Origin: Octopus vulgaris
Taxonomy: Eukaryota
Length of the DNA: 64,000 bases
Assembly (NCBI GenBank): GCA_951406725.2
Contig: OX597831.1
Coordinates: 51,646,001-51,710,000, forward strand
Reading direction: 5' to 3'
The position numbers and the translations under genes were made by a program. The notes beneath the pieces were generated by a model, which saw nothing but the letters and a program-made list of their open reading frames with translations, was not told the origin of the DNA and searched no databases. Below are positions 36,904 to 49,858 of this stretch, piece by piece (positions within the stretch are counted from its first letter, which is position 1; the number at the start of each line of letters is the position of its first letter).

Positions 36904-37116
36904 TGTTGGTGGGTACCTGTACATAAATTCATATAAGAAATACGCAGAAGAATAAAATATATAAAAAAAGTGAACATGTATGAAAGAGTTCTCTTCCTTG
37001 GACGCAGCATATTACTTTATCCTATATGCCTGCAACTATTCAGATTGTGTGTGTGTGTTCGTTTCTGTCTTGATTTTATATTTATTTATTATGATTATCT
37101 TTTCTGTTTTTTTTAG

Positions 37117-37173
37117 GAAAAAGAGAGCATCAAGAAATGTATTGCAGAGCTGAAGACTTTAGCTGCTGCTTAA
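37117..37173 (+). CDS. ATP5PB: ATP5PB last coding exon (EKESIKKCIAELKTLAAA*)
   Basis: EKE.I.KCIA.LK.LA C-terminus; ttttttag acceptor, TAA 37171-37173. Joined CDS is 801 nt (266 aa). Confidence 0.95.
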   Translation, partial: EKESIKKCIAELKTLAAA

Positions 37174-37314
37174 ACTTGTCAATTAGTGGATGTTACCAGC
37201 GAAGTTACTGCAATTGGGGGTGGGAGTGATTAGGTTAAGTAGATTCTCTGGTCACCTGACTTGTTTGTCTACAGAAGATTTTCTATCAAAAAACGAAATT
37301 AGAGATGTAATGAT

Positions 37315-37320
37315 AATAAA
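37315..37320 (+). promoter_or_regulatory. Probable polyadenylation signal of ATP5PB
   Basis: AATAAA about 140 nt after the stop codon, followed by a T/GT-rich tract (37340-37400). Confidence 0.6.
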
Positions 37321-37664
37321 TATACAAAAAAAATAATCCTGATTTGTTTGTTTTTATTTTTGTTGCTTCTTTTCTTTGTAATTATTTTTTAATATTTTGG
37401 ATTAATGAAAAAAATTTATGAGTAATTTGGGAGGAAGGTGTATCATCCATGACCCTTTCAGAACTGAGGGCAGTTGTGAATTCATGCATCTGAATGGATT
37501 TTACTAGGAGGTTGTGGTAGTTGTGGAGTTGTGTGGGCAAGTGAGTCAATAGAAATAGTTAACATCATGTTAGAATCATGGCAGCCATTCAAAACACATT
37601 TTATATCTTGGTACAGTTATGACAGCAATTTTAAAAAATACATACACTTCCATTTTGTAATAGC

Positions 37665-37903
37665 CAGGGCTGTGGAGTCCAAACAAAAAAACCTTGACTC
37701 CGACTCCTGTACTATTGGCACCTCCAACTCTGACTCCTCTTTAAGTGATTGTGGTCTACATATCTCAGAAAGCATATGCATACACTTGTACGTTGAGTAG
37801 GTTTATATTAAAGGATAAAGATATTGTGAGTCAGTCAGTATAGTTTTACCGACTCTGCCTCGGACTCCAGCTACCCTTTAATTGTTTCTGACTCCACAGT
37901 CCA
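37665..37903. mobile_element. Small TIR MITE (hAT-like, degenerate)
   Basis: CAGGGCTGTGGAGTC / GACTCCACAGTCC ends with internal GACTCC repeats. Confidence 0.6.
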
Positions 37904-39293
37904 CATTGTTCATTTAATGCTCATTTTTGTATGCTAGTGTGAAAGTATATCGTTTAGTGGTTAGGGTATTTGGCTCCCTGATTGTAAGGCCGTGAGTTCG
38001 AATCCTGGCCACACACTGTGTCCTTGAGCCAGACACTTTATTTCATGTTGCTCGGATCCATTTAGCTGGTAGAAATGAGTAGTACTTGTATTTCAAAGGG
38101 CCAGCCTTATCTCATTCTGTGCCATACTGAATCTCCCTGAGAACTACATTAAAGGCACACATGCCTGTAGAGTGCTCAGCCACTTGCGTGTCAATTTCAC
38201 GAGCTGCTTCTGTTGATCAGATCAACTGGAACCCTCATCTTCATAGTGCCAGATTTTTAGTTTTGCATTCTAGTATGGGTTGGATGAGTATATAATACTG
38301 AGACATTGTTTTATAACCCGATGTCCTTCATCATCATCGTTTAACGTCCACTTTCCATGCTAGTTGGACGATTTGACTGAGGTCTGGCAAACCAGATGGC
38401 TGCACCAGGCTCCAATCTGATCTGGCAGAGTTTCTACAGCTGGATGCCCTTCCTAATGCCAACCACTCGGAGAGTGTAGTGGGTGCTTTTACGTGCCACT
38501 GGCACGAGGGCCAGTCAAGTGGTACTGGCAACGGCCACGCTCAAACAGTGCTTTTTATGTGCCACCTGCACAGGAGCCAGTCCAGCGGCACTGACAACGA
38601 CCTGTTCCTGTTAATAACTCATAACTGTATTTTGTACTTGATTTCCTCAGTCCGTCTTCTAGTCCAAGCTACAACTAGAAACCAAATGTCTGGGAAGGCC
38701 AATAAGAAGAGATATAGAAATCAGTTTAGGCTCATGTTGACATAGTGTAAAATTCTTCAGAAAAATTGGTAAAAGATTGCAATAGTGTAAAAACTACAGA
38801 AGTATACTAACTACAGGACACGAATAGACAAAAACTGGTCCATGTTTCAAAAACAAGTAACTATCAACAACCACATGTATATGTTCCCTATATGTGAGCC
38901 TGAATCAGTTGGCACATGTATACTCATAGATAACAGCTTTGGAGGGGTCATCATTGGCATATATATATATATATTTATATGTATTTGTTTTGCAAAATAT
39001 TTGATGTGAAATCGTATGTTGAAACAGATATTGTTATACTTGGGGATGGTCATATTTTGCCACTTAAATACACACACTGTATATTTGGTCTTTACTTCAG
39101 CTTTATTCTTATTGGAAAATGGAATAAGCAGAACAAAAGGAGACACTTGGGATAGAAAGTCACTGAAGAGGTTACATGATGTGTGATGAAAGAACTTTGA
39201 CAAAGATACTAAAATAATAAGAATAAAGATGAATACCAAATATATATAATGCATGTTTAATTGGTAAAATATGACCATCCTCTTGTATAACTA

Positions 39294-39332
<39 letters not shown>

Positions 39333-39439
39333 AGTTCCAAGCAGTCAATCTTTTTGCGGCTGCTTACCAGCACACTGTGGACCTGTTTAACTTTTCCAGG
39401 TGCCCCTGGCCAACAAGGGTGGAGGCATGGTGTTGTGGT

Positions 39440-40106
39440 GCGCAGACCTCTACACAGCAAAAGCTCTCTGCCAATTTCGAGACACCTTCATCTACAGTCC
39501 GAACCCTCCACTTTGCACGTCTTCCCTAATCGACCCCTCCCTTACTTCAAACGAGACCTCTTGGTCCACAGTTTCTTCCCTAAATCAACTTCCCAGCCTG
39601 GCTCGTTCCTCTGCTTCCACCCACTTTGCTGCACTTGTCCTTACCTCCCTACCATATCACCAACTCCTTCACCTGCACTTCTACCAATCTCATCTGCATC
39701 TCCTGCTCTCTCTGCCCTTCTCTATACATCGGGCAAACGGGACGCCGCTTGGCTGACCGGTTTGCGGAATACCTCCGAGACATTCGACTCGGCAATGACA
39801 CCCCGCGCCATTTCCGCTCTACCGCTCACTCTTTGTAACACCTGTCTGTGTTCGGATTGTCCTTGCACAGGGGCCATCTGGACTCCCGTTTGCGCCATGA
39901 ACAGAGATTAATCTTCGCCATGATAGATCGCTAGCCACCACACATTCTTTATTTTTTCTCCTTGTTTCTTTCTGTATTCCTTTCTGTGGAAGAGCGTAGG
40001 CTCGAAACGTTAAAGACTTTTTTTTACTTCCCGAGCGTTAAACTAACACATCTGTTTGTTGTCTACACCACCTGTCTTTGTCTTTTGTTTTTTTTTTGTG
40101 AATTCT

Positions 40107-40110
<4 letters not shown>
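39440..40110 (+). mobile_element. Degenerate Penelope-like (Neptune-type) 3' end: GIY-YIG remnant plus pLTR with hammerhead
   Basis: Peptides LCFHPLCCTCPYL and SFTCTSTNLICISCSLCPSLYIGQTGRRLADRFAEYLRDIR...RLRHEQRLIF; (TA)n flanks; pLTR tail recurs inverted at ~56940-57025. Confidence 0.85.
39980..40015 (+). ncRNA. Minimal type I hammerhead, A6U variant (predicted)
   Basis: CTTT-CTGTGGA-A-GAGC(GTAG)GCTC-GAAA-C-GTT-AAAG; palindromic AACGTT stem III. Confidence 0.65.
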
Positions 40111-40148
<38 letters not shown>

Positions 40149-40633
40149 CCATATAATATAAATTCTTGATCTATTAAAATTATCTCCACCTTAATAGGAT
40201 GTGTCATAGTACCAAATGGTGATTGAAACACGCTCCATATGAGAAGGGGAAATATTCTTCAGAATCAATTCTCCAAAGTTGACATGCCATTGACACAAAA
40301 AACAGAATCGTCCGGAGATAAAAGGGTAGTCGTGAAAATGTTTCTGCCTCAATAGACTTCGTCAACACAATAAATTACATACTTTGTCTCCAATAGCCAA
40401 GGGACGTAGACATACATGAAGAGTGGAACACATTTATGGCTTTGGTAATCTATAAATTAAAGAACAATGAGCTAAGAAAGATAACTCTTGATGGATGGAG
40501 GCATGTATATGAACAACATAGACCAGTGGCTCTCAACTATTTTTTACCTACGGACCCCTTTGGTTATATTTTATTCCAGTGGATCTCCATAGCTATTCGA
40601 TGTTTAAAAACTAGTTTATATGTGTGTGCGTGT

Positions 40634-41010
<377 letters not shown>

Positions 41011-41211
41011 CACACATACGTACATATATGTGTGTGTGTGTGTGTGCGCGCGTATGTGTATGCTTTATACATGTATGTACCTAGATTATGTGTAAACACA
41101 TATTACGTATTCATATATATATATATATCACAATTGCAACGTGGAAGGTGTTTATAAACTATTTAAGAAACACACAAAATCCGTTAGATTCACTTCAACA
41201 TTTAAATTTAA

Positions 41212-41262
41212 TTTGCCAAAATATTTTCGTCGCTTTGAGACCGCGACCTGTTCACTGACAAA
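41212..41262 (-). ncRNA. Minimal type I hammerhead, G3:C8 core variant (predicted)
   Basis: Minus strand TTTGTCA-GTGAACA-G-GTCGC(GGTCTCAAA)GCGAC-GAAA-ATA-TTT-TGGCAAA: 7-bp stem I, 5-bp stem II, palindromic AATATT stem III. Confidence 0.7.
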
Positions 41263-41751
41263 ATTCCGTGTTGCGGACCCCTTTGGCTATATTTTATTCC
41301 AGTGGATCTCCGTAGCTATTCTACGTTTAAAAACTAATTTATAGATACTTGTTTCAAAATTCTTATTTTGTTTTTCACACATTCACTCGTGTACTTTGAA
41401 CTATGTGAAACATTAGAGACAGAAAGCTTGCTATTTCTTACAATAGATACGTCTAAATCATTTTTTTTCATGGACCCTTAATATACTACCCCTAAAAATA
41501 TTACATGAACCCTGGTTGAGGACGACTGACATAGACAAATAAGTATATCAAATACGAAATAGTATAAATTCTTGATTTATTAAAATTGGCAGAAACTTAT
41601 GTGCATAACTGTCCTCTTTTGTCTTTCTTTAATGATATGTTAACTTAGGAGAATTTTTCTTGAAATTTGTCTCCCTTTCTCATATGGAACTCGTTTCAGT
41701 TGCCATTTGGCAATTGGGACGTATCCCTTAGAGGTAGAGTTAATTATAATA

Positions 41752-42460
41752 CAGTGATCCCTCGTTTATCGCGGTAGATTGGTTCCGAGACCGGCCGCGA
41801 TAACTGAATTTTCGCGAAGCAGGAACACCATATTTACAGTATTTATTTAACGTGTATTTGGACTTTTAACCCCCCCCCCCTGTACTGTTAACAACCCACC
41901 CATTACAGTAGTCTATTAATAACAAGGACAACTGTTAAGCAATAACACTTTAGATTTAAAAAATAATAAAGATTGTTACTGTACTCAACTCGAAAGAAGC
42001 TTGGGAGCCATTGCAGGGGATGAAAACGCAAAGTTTAGTGCAAAGAAACAAAAAAAAAACAAAAAAAAAAAATCACACACAGCTCAGCGTAAAGTAGTAG
42101 TACAGTAAACCACTCGGCGAGAAAGCTTGAAGCGAAATGGCCGCAAGAAGAGACAAGAGAAGATGCTACGGATCTGAGCATCGGTCAAAGCATCAATCAA
42201 AGGCCAAATTACAAAATAGAAAGCTGTGATCGTCGTCTCTCTCCACTGCACCAATCACAGCCCATCTTAAGTTCAAATATCCCTGTATATGCTGCTTTGC
42301 TATTTTACGCTTGTTTTGTTGTTCTTAGACTAGGAAATGATATTTATTATTAATATTTTAATGGATTTAATGAAAAATTTTAAGTGTTCATATATATTTT
42401 TAAAATCCGCTAAGTCGTGAATCCGCGATAGTTGAACCGCGAAGTAGCGAGGGATCACTG
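41752..42460. mobile_element. pogo/Tigger-like non-autonomous DNA transposon
   Basis: TIR CAGTGATCCCTCG / CGAGGGATCACTG with TA duplications at 41750-41751 and 42461-42462; subterminal CCGCGA repeats. Confidence 0.9.
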
Positions 42461-44128
42461 TACATCAAGAATTTATGTTGTATGATATTCAATATTACTG
42501 TATTTGCCTGTGTTAGTTATATATACATGCTACTGGCTACTTCGAATAATTTCTTTTAGCTCATATTTGTTTAACCCTTTAATATTATATTTGATAGAAT
42601 AATTTGAATGCTAAAGGGTTGATGAATAAATTTAATAAACACAGCTTGCAGTTTATACCATTTGTTCTATTTTGGGGGTGAGGCGAGGAGAGTGTGATTT
42701 AGGGAAGGTTTTAACACGATTTCTAAAAGGCTGAATGACTATGTTGAGAGTTGCTTCTTGGTTCATGGAAAATACGGCCGGTATGGTAAGTAGTCGTTGA
42801 TACCTTGTTGAGTTATCTGCCTTTGTAGACACGTATTACAGTTTTTTTTCGTTTGCTATGTCAAAGTTTCCAGTCATCCTGCATCCATACACCGAGTGAG
42901 ATCCTAAAGGGGTGTTGCTGGTTTATTCTGCGACGCTCCAAATACAAAACAATATGGTTTACATACTAAGTTCTTTTAAAAACAATCGGAGGCGATTTGG
43001 GAGGAATTTAGTACTGATTTCTAGCAGGTCGAGTGACCACGAAGAGGTGCTCTTGTTTGTTCGTAAATTGCTAGTGAAACGACACAATGTAATTAGAGTA
43101 GCAAATCATATTTGATCTGATCTGTTCTAATCTCACTTAACCTTTTCTCTGATCTTGGGGGATCCAAGCAAGATAAGTGCTAGGACTACCCAAAAGGACT
43201 TAAATTAGAACTGCCTGATTGTAGTGTTGAAAACACAACCCAACGATAGATATGGTCTATCAGAGAGGTTTCTAGTTACCTAGGTTCACTCAAAGCTATG
43301 ACAGAAGATACTTGGACTAAGTTGCTTCGCAGTGGGATTGAATCTAGAGTTGCATTATATTGAAGCTAATGTCATAACATTATGACCACGCTGGAAACCT
43401 TATAAAAATTCTATCAAAGATTTTAATTGATGCTTTCTGTGACAATATTGATGTATTTCAATTCTGTTTAAATAACTAGAAAAAGAAAACCCTTACATTT
43501 TAAAGCAAGAGGCATTAGAAAATATGCCTCTCTTCATTTGTGCATCTCCTTTATGTTTTAGGAGAGTGAATAAGACGAATTTGTTTTGGCTTAGCTCTGA
43601 AGCTGTAGCGAAGAGCTTTTATGTGGTCACTCGATTTGCTTAAAGTGGTTGCAAAATCTCCCTCAAATCATATTTTATCGTCTTAAAAAAATAGAACACA
43701 TTGGATAATGTGATCCTGGTTCCAATCACAAAAATACCTTTGAGGATATGTCTGTCTGCTTGAGCAGAGCTAAACCAGGGTTAAACAACAAGAACAGCTA
43801 AGAGAAACAAGGAAAGACAGGCGTGTCATCCGAGAAAGTAGGTCATCGTTATGTTTATATATTCAATGAAGTTTGTGAATACAGAGATTATTGTTAGCGG
43901 TTAGGGGGGGGGGGCGGAGGAAAAAGTAAAACAACAAAGAAACGAATCTTAAGAGCCTTTGCGAAGGAAACATCTGGAAATGATATGTCAGCAAAGCCAT
44001 TTATGAAATACGAAACTCTGGCGATAAACCATCCTCAGTCGAAGCTATGTTCAAGTCATGTTCGTTGAGGTGATTCTGGAAAAAAAGAAAATAGCCACAT
44101 CGAACGTGTGCGAATTATATATATGTAC

Positions 44129-44190
<62 letters not shown>

Positions 44191-44194
<4 letters not shown>

Positions 44195-44572
44195 TTTTAC
44201 TCTTTTACTTGTTTCAGTCATTTGACTGCGGCCATGCTGGAGCACCGCCTTTAGTCGAACAACTCGACCCCAGGACTTATTCTTTGTAAGCCCAGTACTT
44301 ATTCTTTTGCCGAACCGCTAAGTGACGAGGATGTAAACACACCAGCATCGGTTGTCAAGCGCTGTTGGGGAGACAAACACAAACATACACGCACACACAC
44401 ATATATATATGCATATATACGACAGGCTTCTTTCAGTTTCCATCTACCAAATCCACTCACAAGGCTATGGTCGGCCCGAGGCTATAGTAGAAGACACTTG
44501 CCCAAGGTGCCACGCAGTGGGACTGAACCCGGAACCATGTGGTTGGTAAACAAGCTACTTACCACACAGCCA

Positions 44573-44575
<3 letters not shown>
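44191..44575 (-). mobile_element. Abundant ~400-bp tRNA-derived SINE inserted in (TA)n
   Basis: Reverse complement of 59977-60381. Confidence 0.9.
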
Positions 44576-44644
<69 letters not shown>

Positions 44645-44851
44645 CGTGTGTGTAAGAAGTAAAAGGGATTAGTAAATCCAGGGAGATATCTACAAAGCAC
44701 ACTCAATGTTAAACGAATTTGGTTAACTATATTCAGCAATCAGATCCCAATAAATGCAAGCAGAATAAACATCCAAAGTAATTCTTCATGTACGACAAGT
44801 AAATCCAAATATCGCTTATGAAGAATTTTAAGAAATTCGGAATATAAGACA

Positions 44852-44975
44852 ACAAGAATAAGAACGGAGAAAATCACATCTTTAATTGGTGATTACACAA
44901 TATATTACCGTAGATACGTTAATGTATAGTGTAATCACCAATTAAAGATGTAATTTTCTCCATTATTATTCTTGT
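44852..44975. repeat. Inverted repeat, ~55-bp arms
   Basis: 44852-44907 pairs with 44920-44975. Confidence 0.85.
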
Positions 44976-45025
44976 ATCTCAATTGTGTGTGTGTGCAGGA
45001 ACCATTTTAAAGCTTAATTTCAACT

Positions 45026-45193
45026 TGGCTATTAAGTCTACAGTTCTTGTGGCTATTAAGTCTACAATTCTTGTGGCTATTAAGTCTACAATTCTTGTGG
45101 CTATTAAGTCTACAATTCTTGTGGCTATTAAGTCTACTATTCTTGTGGCTATTAAGTCTACAATTCTTGTGGCTATTAAGTCTACAATTCTTG
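45026..45193. repeat. 24-bp minisatellite x7 (TGGCTATTAAGTCTACAATTCTTG)
   Basis: Seven consecutive near-identical units. Confidence 0.97.
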
Positions 45194-45394
45194 TTTCCTC
45201 TGCTGTCTTTAGGCGGTACATGAGTGACGTCTTGTTGGTCTTAATCAGAGTTTCTTGTTCTGTGGCAACAAAAATTTGTAGTAATGAGGTAAGACAAAAG
45301 ATCAGGAGACGAATGTTAATGTTCTGTACCTTTGTAATGAAAATCAACCTTGTGACCAGTTTCCTTTCTCCATGTTCATGTTGAGGCCCAAAAT

Positions 45395-45930
45395 CTCTCC
45401 AAGTTCACTGGCCCCCAAGTCAGAGCTTTACGGTCGTTATGTCGACAATAGTATCGGCACTACCTCTCTCACCCTCGAACCGTTCAAAACTCATCACTTC
45501 TGTCAACTCCTTCCACTTTACTTTAGAATTAATTTCCTCCATCTCCGTCTCCACTGCTTCCATCAAGTTTATAGATATCTCTCGATTACACTTTATCTCC
45601 CAACCGCGAAACGTGACACCCACTACTCTCAATTCCTTCACCTCTGCCGCCACTGCAGCCACAAGCGTAACTTTGTGATCCAATCTCAATGTCCGGTCAC
45701 TTCACGTGTAACTAGTATTTTCTGTTATAGCCAAAACTGTCCGCACTCACGCTCGTGACATCGACCGAACCTTCCCTCTACCATTTGTTCGCCTCGCCAC
45801 TAACCCCGTTCCCTTTCTTATAACATACTATCTTTCTATGTTACCTTCCATCGCATTATCCAGCTTCTCTAATCTGACCCTGCTACCTACACCTCTTCCC
45901 CAATCAACCATTTCCTTCATCTAAAAGCTT
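45395..45930 (+). mobile_element. Degenerate Penelope-like reverse transcriptase fragment
   Basis: ELYGRYVDNSIGTTSL (RYVDD motif), FTLELISSIS, YSQFLHLCRHCS (YSQFLRLRRLCS-like); many frameshifts. Confidence 0.75.
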
Positions 45931-46172
45931 CTATTAACACCAAATATTATGTTCCAGCTTTCATAATCGTTCCAGGATTGGAATCGAAAAACTCAGAATA
46001 GCGATTTGTGAAATTACAGCTCTCTATTAAATATACAACTCTACCTTCCGTATAGAGTAAGATCATTTCTTTCTTTGTTCAGACTGAAATGTTTACACAC
46101 ACACACACACACACACACATGCACAAATAATATGTATAAAAATGAGTACGCCCACACGCACACATACACACA

Positions 46173-46209
<37 letters not shown>

Positions 46210-46252
46210 GGCAGTGGAGAGCAGTCGCCATATTCCCTTCCATGTCGGATAC

Positions 46253-46329
46253 CTCTGATGAGCGTATTTATATAATTGGTTTGTTGCATAACACCCCATT
46301 GTATTTTTTGCGCGAAACCAATTGGTAAG
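46253..46329 (+). ncRNA. Type I hammerhead with canonical core in a ~160-bp island between (TA)n tracts (predicted)
   Basis: CT-CTGATGA(46255-46261)-GCGTA...TGCGC-GAAA(46314-46317)-CCAATTG-GTA-AG; perfect palindrome ACCAATTGGT as stem III; stem I is short. Confidence 0.75.
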
Positions 46330-46365
46330 ACCAGCCGTGACGGATACTTTATGCTATAAAATCGC

Positions 46366-46430
<65 letters not shown>

Positions 46431-46621
46431 ATACGTAATATGTGTTTACACAATCTATGTACATACATGTATAAAGTATACACATACGCACACACGCACC
46501 TATATATATGTATGTATATATATGTATAATAATTATTTAAGAGAATATTAATCCTAACTTACAGGGAAAAATTCAATTTAGAAATACTAAATCAAATTTC
46601 ACACAATGTAATATATATATA

Positions 46622-46796
46622 TATATAAATTAGAAAAAAAACACCTTTTATCAATTCAAAATGAACAATTAAATTACACCATCAAGAAAATTACATATAA
46701 TAGAAATATTAAAATTAATATTTCTATTATATGTATTTTTCTAGATGGTGTAATTTAATTGTTCATTTTGAATTGATAAAAGGTGTTTTTTTTCTA

Positions 46797-46806
<10 letters not shown>
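46622..46806. repeat. Inverted repeat, ~90-bp arms, 2-nt loop, (TA)n-flanked
   Basis: 46622-46712 pairs with 46715-46806 with few mismatches. Confidence 0.9.
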
Positions 46807-46839
<33 letters not shown>

Positions 46840-47538
46840 TATATACATATATGCACACACACACATATATAAACACATGCATGAACATGTACATGCATAC
46901 ATTATATACGTAAATATACGTATATGATGTGTGTGAGTATAAATATCCATACATACGTTCACATACATACGCGCACGCACACACATAATCAAGCTAATTC
47001 CATTAATATGAAACACATTTCTTATATTTTTTTTCCTTGTCTGATACAGGATTTCCTGCTTTTCCCTCACACTCTACTCACAGAACGTTTCTCTCTCTCT
47101 CCCCCTCTCTGTCTCACTTCCTCTCTCACTTTCTCTCCTCTTTCTTCTCTTCTTTTCCTTTTCTTTTTTTCTTCTGCAGAGAAAATCGGAACAAATTAAA
47201 TTATCGCTGGTTGTGTAAAACATTAATGAGGAAATCTAGATTCTCATGTCTCTAACCAGAGGCGCTAACAAGAATAATATTATCAATAAATAGCAATAAC
47301 AACACGCAACAGTAGAATATACAACAATAACAGCAACAACAAGAACGACAACTCCGACAGTAGCGATAACAGAAGCGACCACAAGAACAGCAACAACAAC
47401 TTTTACTACAGCATTTGCAACTGCAATAACTGCAATGATAACAACAACAGCAGCAACACCAACAACACCAACAATAGCAACAACAATAGCAACTTCAATA
47501 ATAGCAAAAGCAACATCGACTAGCGTTTGCAACAGTAA

Positions 47539-48343
47539 TAACTGCGCTCGCTAAACCGCGGGTTCAAATTCTTAATTGCGCTCGCTACACTGCGGTTTCA
47601 AACAGTTAACTGCGCTTGCTAAACCGCGGGTTCAAACGCTTAACTGCGCTTGCTAAACCGCGGGTTCAAACGGTTAACTGCGCTCACTTAACCGGGAGTT
47701 CAAACTCTTAATTGCGCTCGCTTAACCGTGGGTTCAAACTGTTAACTGTACTCGCTAAACCACGGGTTCAAACAATTAACTTTGCTCGCATAACCGCGGT
47801 TTCAAACTCTTAATTGCGCTCGCTTAGCCGCGGGTTCAAACGGTTAACAGCGGTCGCTTAACCGCGGTTTCAAACTCTTAATTGAGTTCGTTAAACTGCA
47901 GGTTGAAACGTTTAACTGCGGTCGCTAGATCGCGGGTTGAAACGGTTAACTGCGGTCGCTAAACCGCGGGTTGAAACGCTTAGTCGCGGTTTCAAACTCT
48001 TAATTGCGCTCGCTTAACCGCGGGTTCAAACGGTTAACTGCGGTCGCTAAACCGAGTGTTCAAACCGTTAAATGCGCTCGCTTAACCGCGGTTTCAAACT
48101 CTTAATTGCGCTCGCTTAACCGCCGGTTCAAACGGTTAACTTCGGTCGCTAAACCGAGTGTTCAAACCGTTAACTGCAATCGCTTAACCGCGGTTTCAAA
48201 CTCTTACTTGCGCTCGCTTAACCGCGGGTTCAAACGGTTAACTGCGCTCGCTAAACCAAATGTTCAAACTGTTAACTGCGCTCGCTTAACCGCGGTTTCA
48301 AACTCTTAATTGCGTTCGCTAAACCACGTGTTCAAACGGTTAA
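47539..48343. repeat. CpG-rich 34-bp minisatellite (~24 units) with higher-order structure
   Basis: Consensus TAACTGCGCTCGCT(A/T)AACCGCGG(G/T)TTCAAAC(GG/TC)T; three-unit block repeated about three times at ~47997-48302. Confidence 0.95.
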
Positions 48344-49459
48344 GGGCTACCTCCATGCAAGTCATCTTGCATTAATTTCGACGGCGAGTACTCTATTTGA
48401 TCGACAAACCAAACTACATACTCATCTGTCTGATGCTCTAATCTAAACTTAATGTAGAATCAGCATGCAACAGTGTGTGACAAAACTAGCTTTTTCATTT
48501 ACAAAAGAAGTAGGCCATCTGACAGGCATCCTTACGGTTTTTATCTTCCTGAAAGCCATATGTGGTCACTTGATTCGTTAGAAATAACTGTTAAATCTTC
48601 TCTAGATTATAGCCTACTATATTAAAAGGGAAGGAGACACTAGATAATGTGTCCTTAAAAAGAAAGGACACTTGGATAATGTGTTCCTGAATACATACCA
48701 TTCTTAAAAAAACAACAACAAAACAAAACAAAGAAGGATGGTCATGGTTGGAGCAGTCGGGCCTGAGATGAACAACAACCTTATTTCATATACTTCAGTT
48801 GACTAAAGCGTCCTGTAATGGGATCTAGATAGAATCTCTAAACCAGTTCAGCCATACTTACATCTTTCTGACCATGCAGTTTATACGTAAAATAAAAAAA
48901 TAAAAAAAAAAAAGCAAAGTTCAAAGTTTTGTTATGTCTTGGGACGGTCATTACGTCAATAATAATAAACACACACACTGGTTCCATATCATTTGTTTTT
49001 TGTTAGTCAATCGGTTAAATGTCTAACCAGGTAACTAATCGATCGTTTGTTTAATGTGTTGGTTAAACAACCATATATATCAAACAATCAATCGGTTGTT
49101 TGTTTGTTAAAATCCTTTCTTCGTTATTCGCGACCTCACCAACGACTTCCTCCTCTCTTCAAGATCTGTCTTCGAGCGAAGGCACATGGAGACAAGCTCA
49201 AGCTAAGCTAGCAAAGCGCTGAAAAACATTGTTCTGCTGTGTAAAAATCAGAATAAACCACTCGACAGCTCCACTTCATTAAGGAATACATTACTTCCAG
49301 GCTGTTCACTAAATCCATTCACTCGACTGTAAGACGGCTTACGTAGTGCCAGGCAGGAAAATTAAAATGCACGACGTTGTTGAACATCAAAAACAAAATA
49401 CGCACGGAAATCAGCCCAGTACCTTGTCATCCCGTTCCTCATGTTTTTCAAAGACTCAA

Positions 49460-49533
49460 GGCAACAACAACAACAACAACAACGACGACGACGACGACGA
49501 CGAAAGCCGGCAATTTTAGTAGAGTAGAAAGGG

Positions 49534-49571
<38 letters not shown>

Positions 49572-49822
49572 ACGCGTGTGTATGTGTGTTTGTGTGCACG
49601 TGTGCAGGAGTGTGTGTAGAAGTCATGTTTTTGCTAGTGATGATGACAAGGGTAATGATGACGGTGACGACGATGACGAAGAGGAGGATGAGGAGAAAAG
49701 GGAGAGGAGGAAGAGGAGGAGAAGAAGACGGGGAGAAACAACACTAGAAAGTAGATGACGACGACGACGACGACGACGATGATGTTGATGATGATGACGA
49801 CGACGACGACGACGACGACGAC

Positions 49823-49858
<36 letters not shown>

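Noticed and set aside
44815-44846. CTTATGA-A-GAATTT(TAAG)AAATTC-GGAA-TATA, possible decayed hammerhead
   Set aside because: Two core mismatches and no stem I; could arise by chance in AT-rich DNA.
47539-48343. CRISPR-like appearance of the 34-bp palindromic array
   Set aside because: Units are contiguous with no unique spacers, there are no cas genes, and the DNA is eukaryotic.
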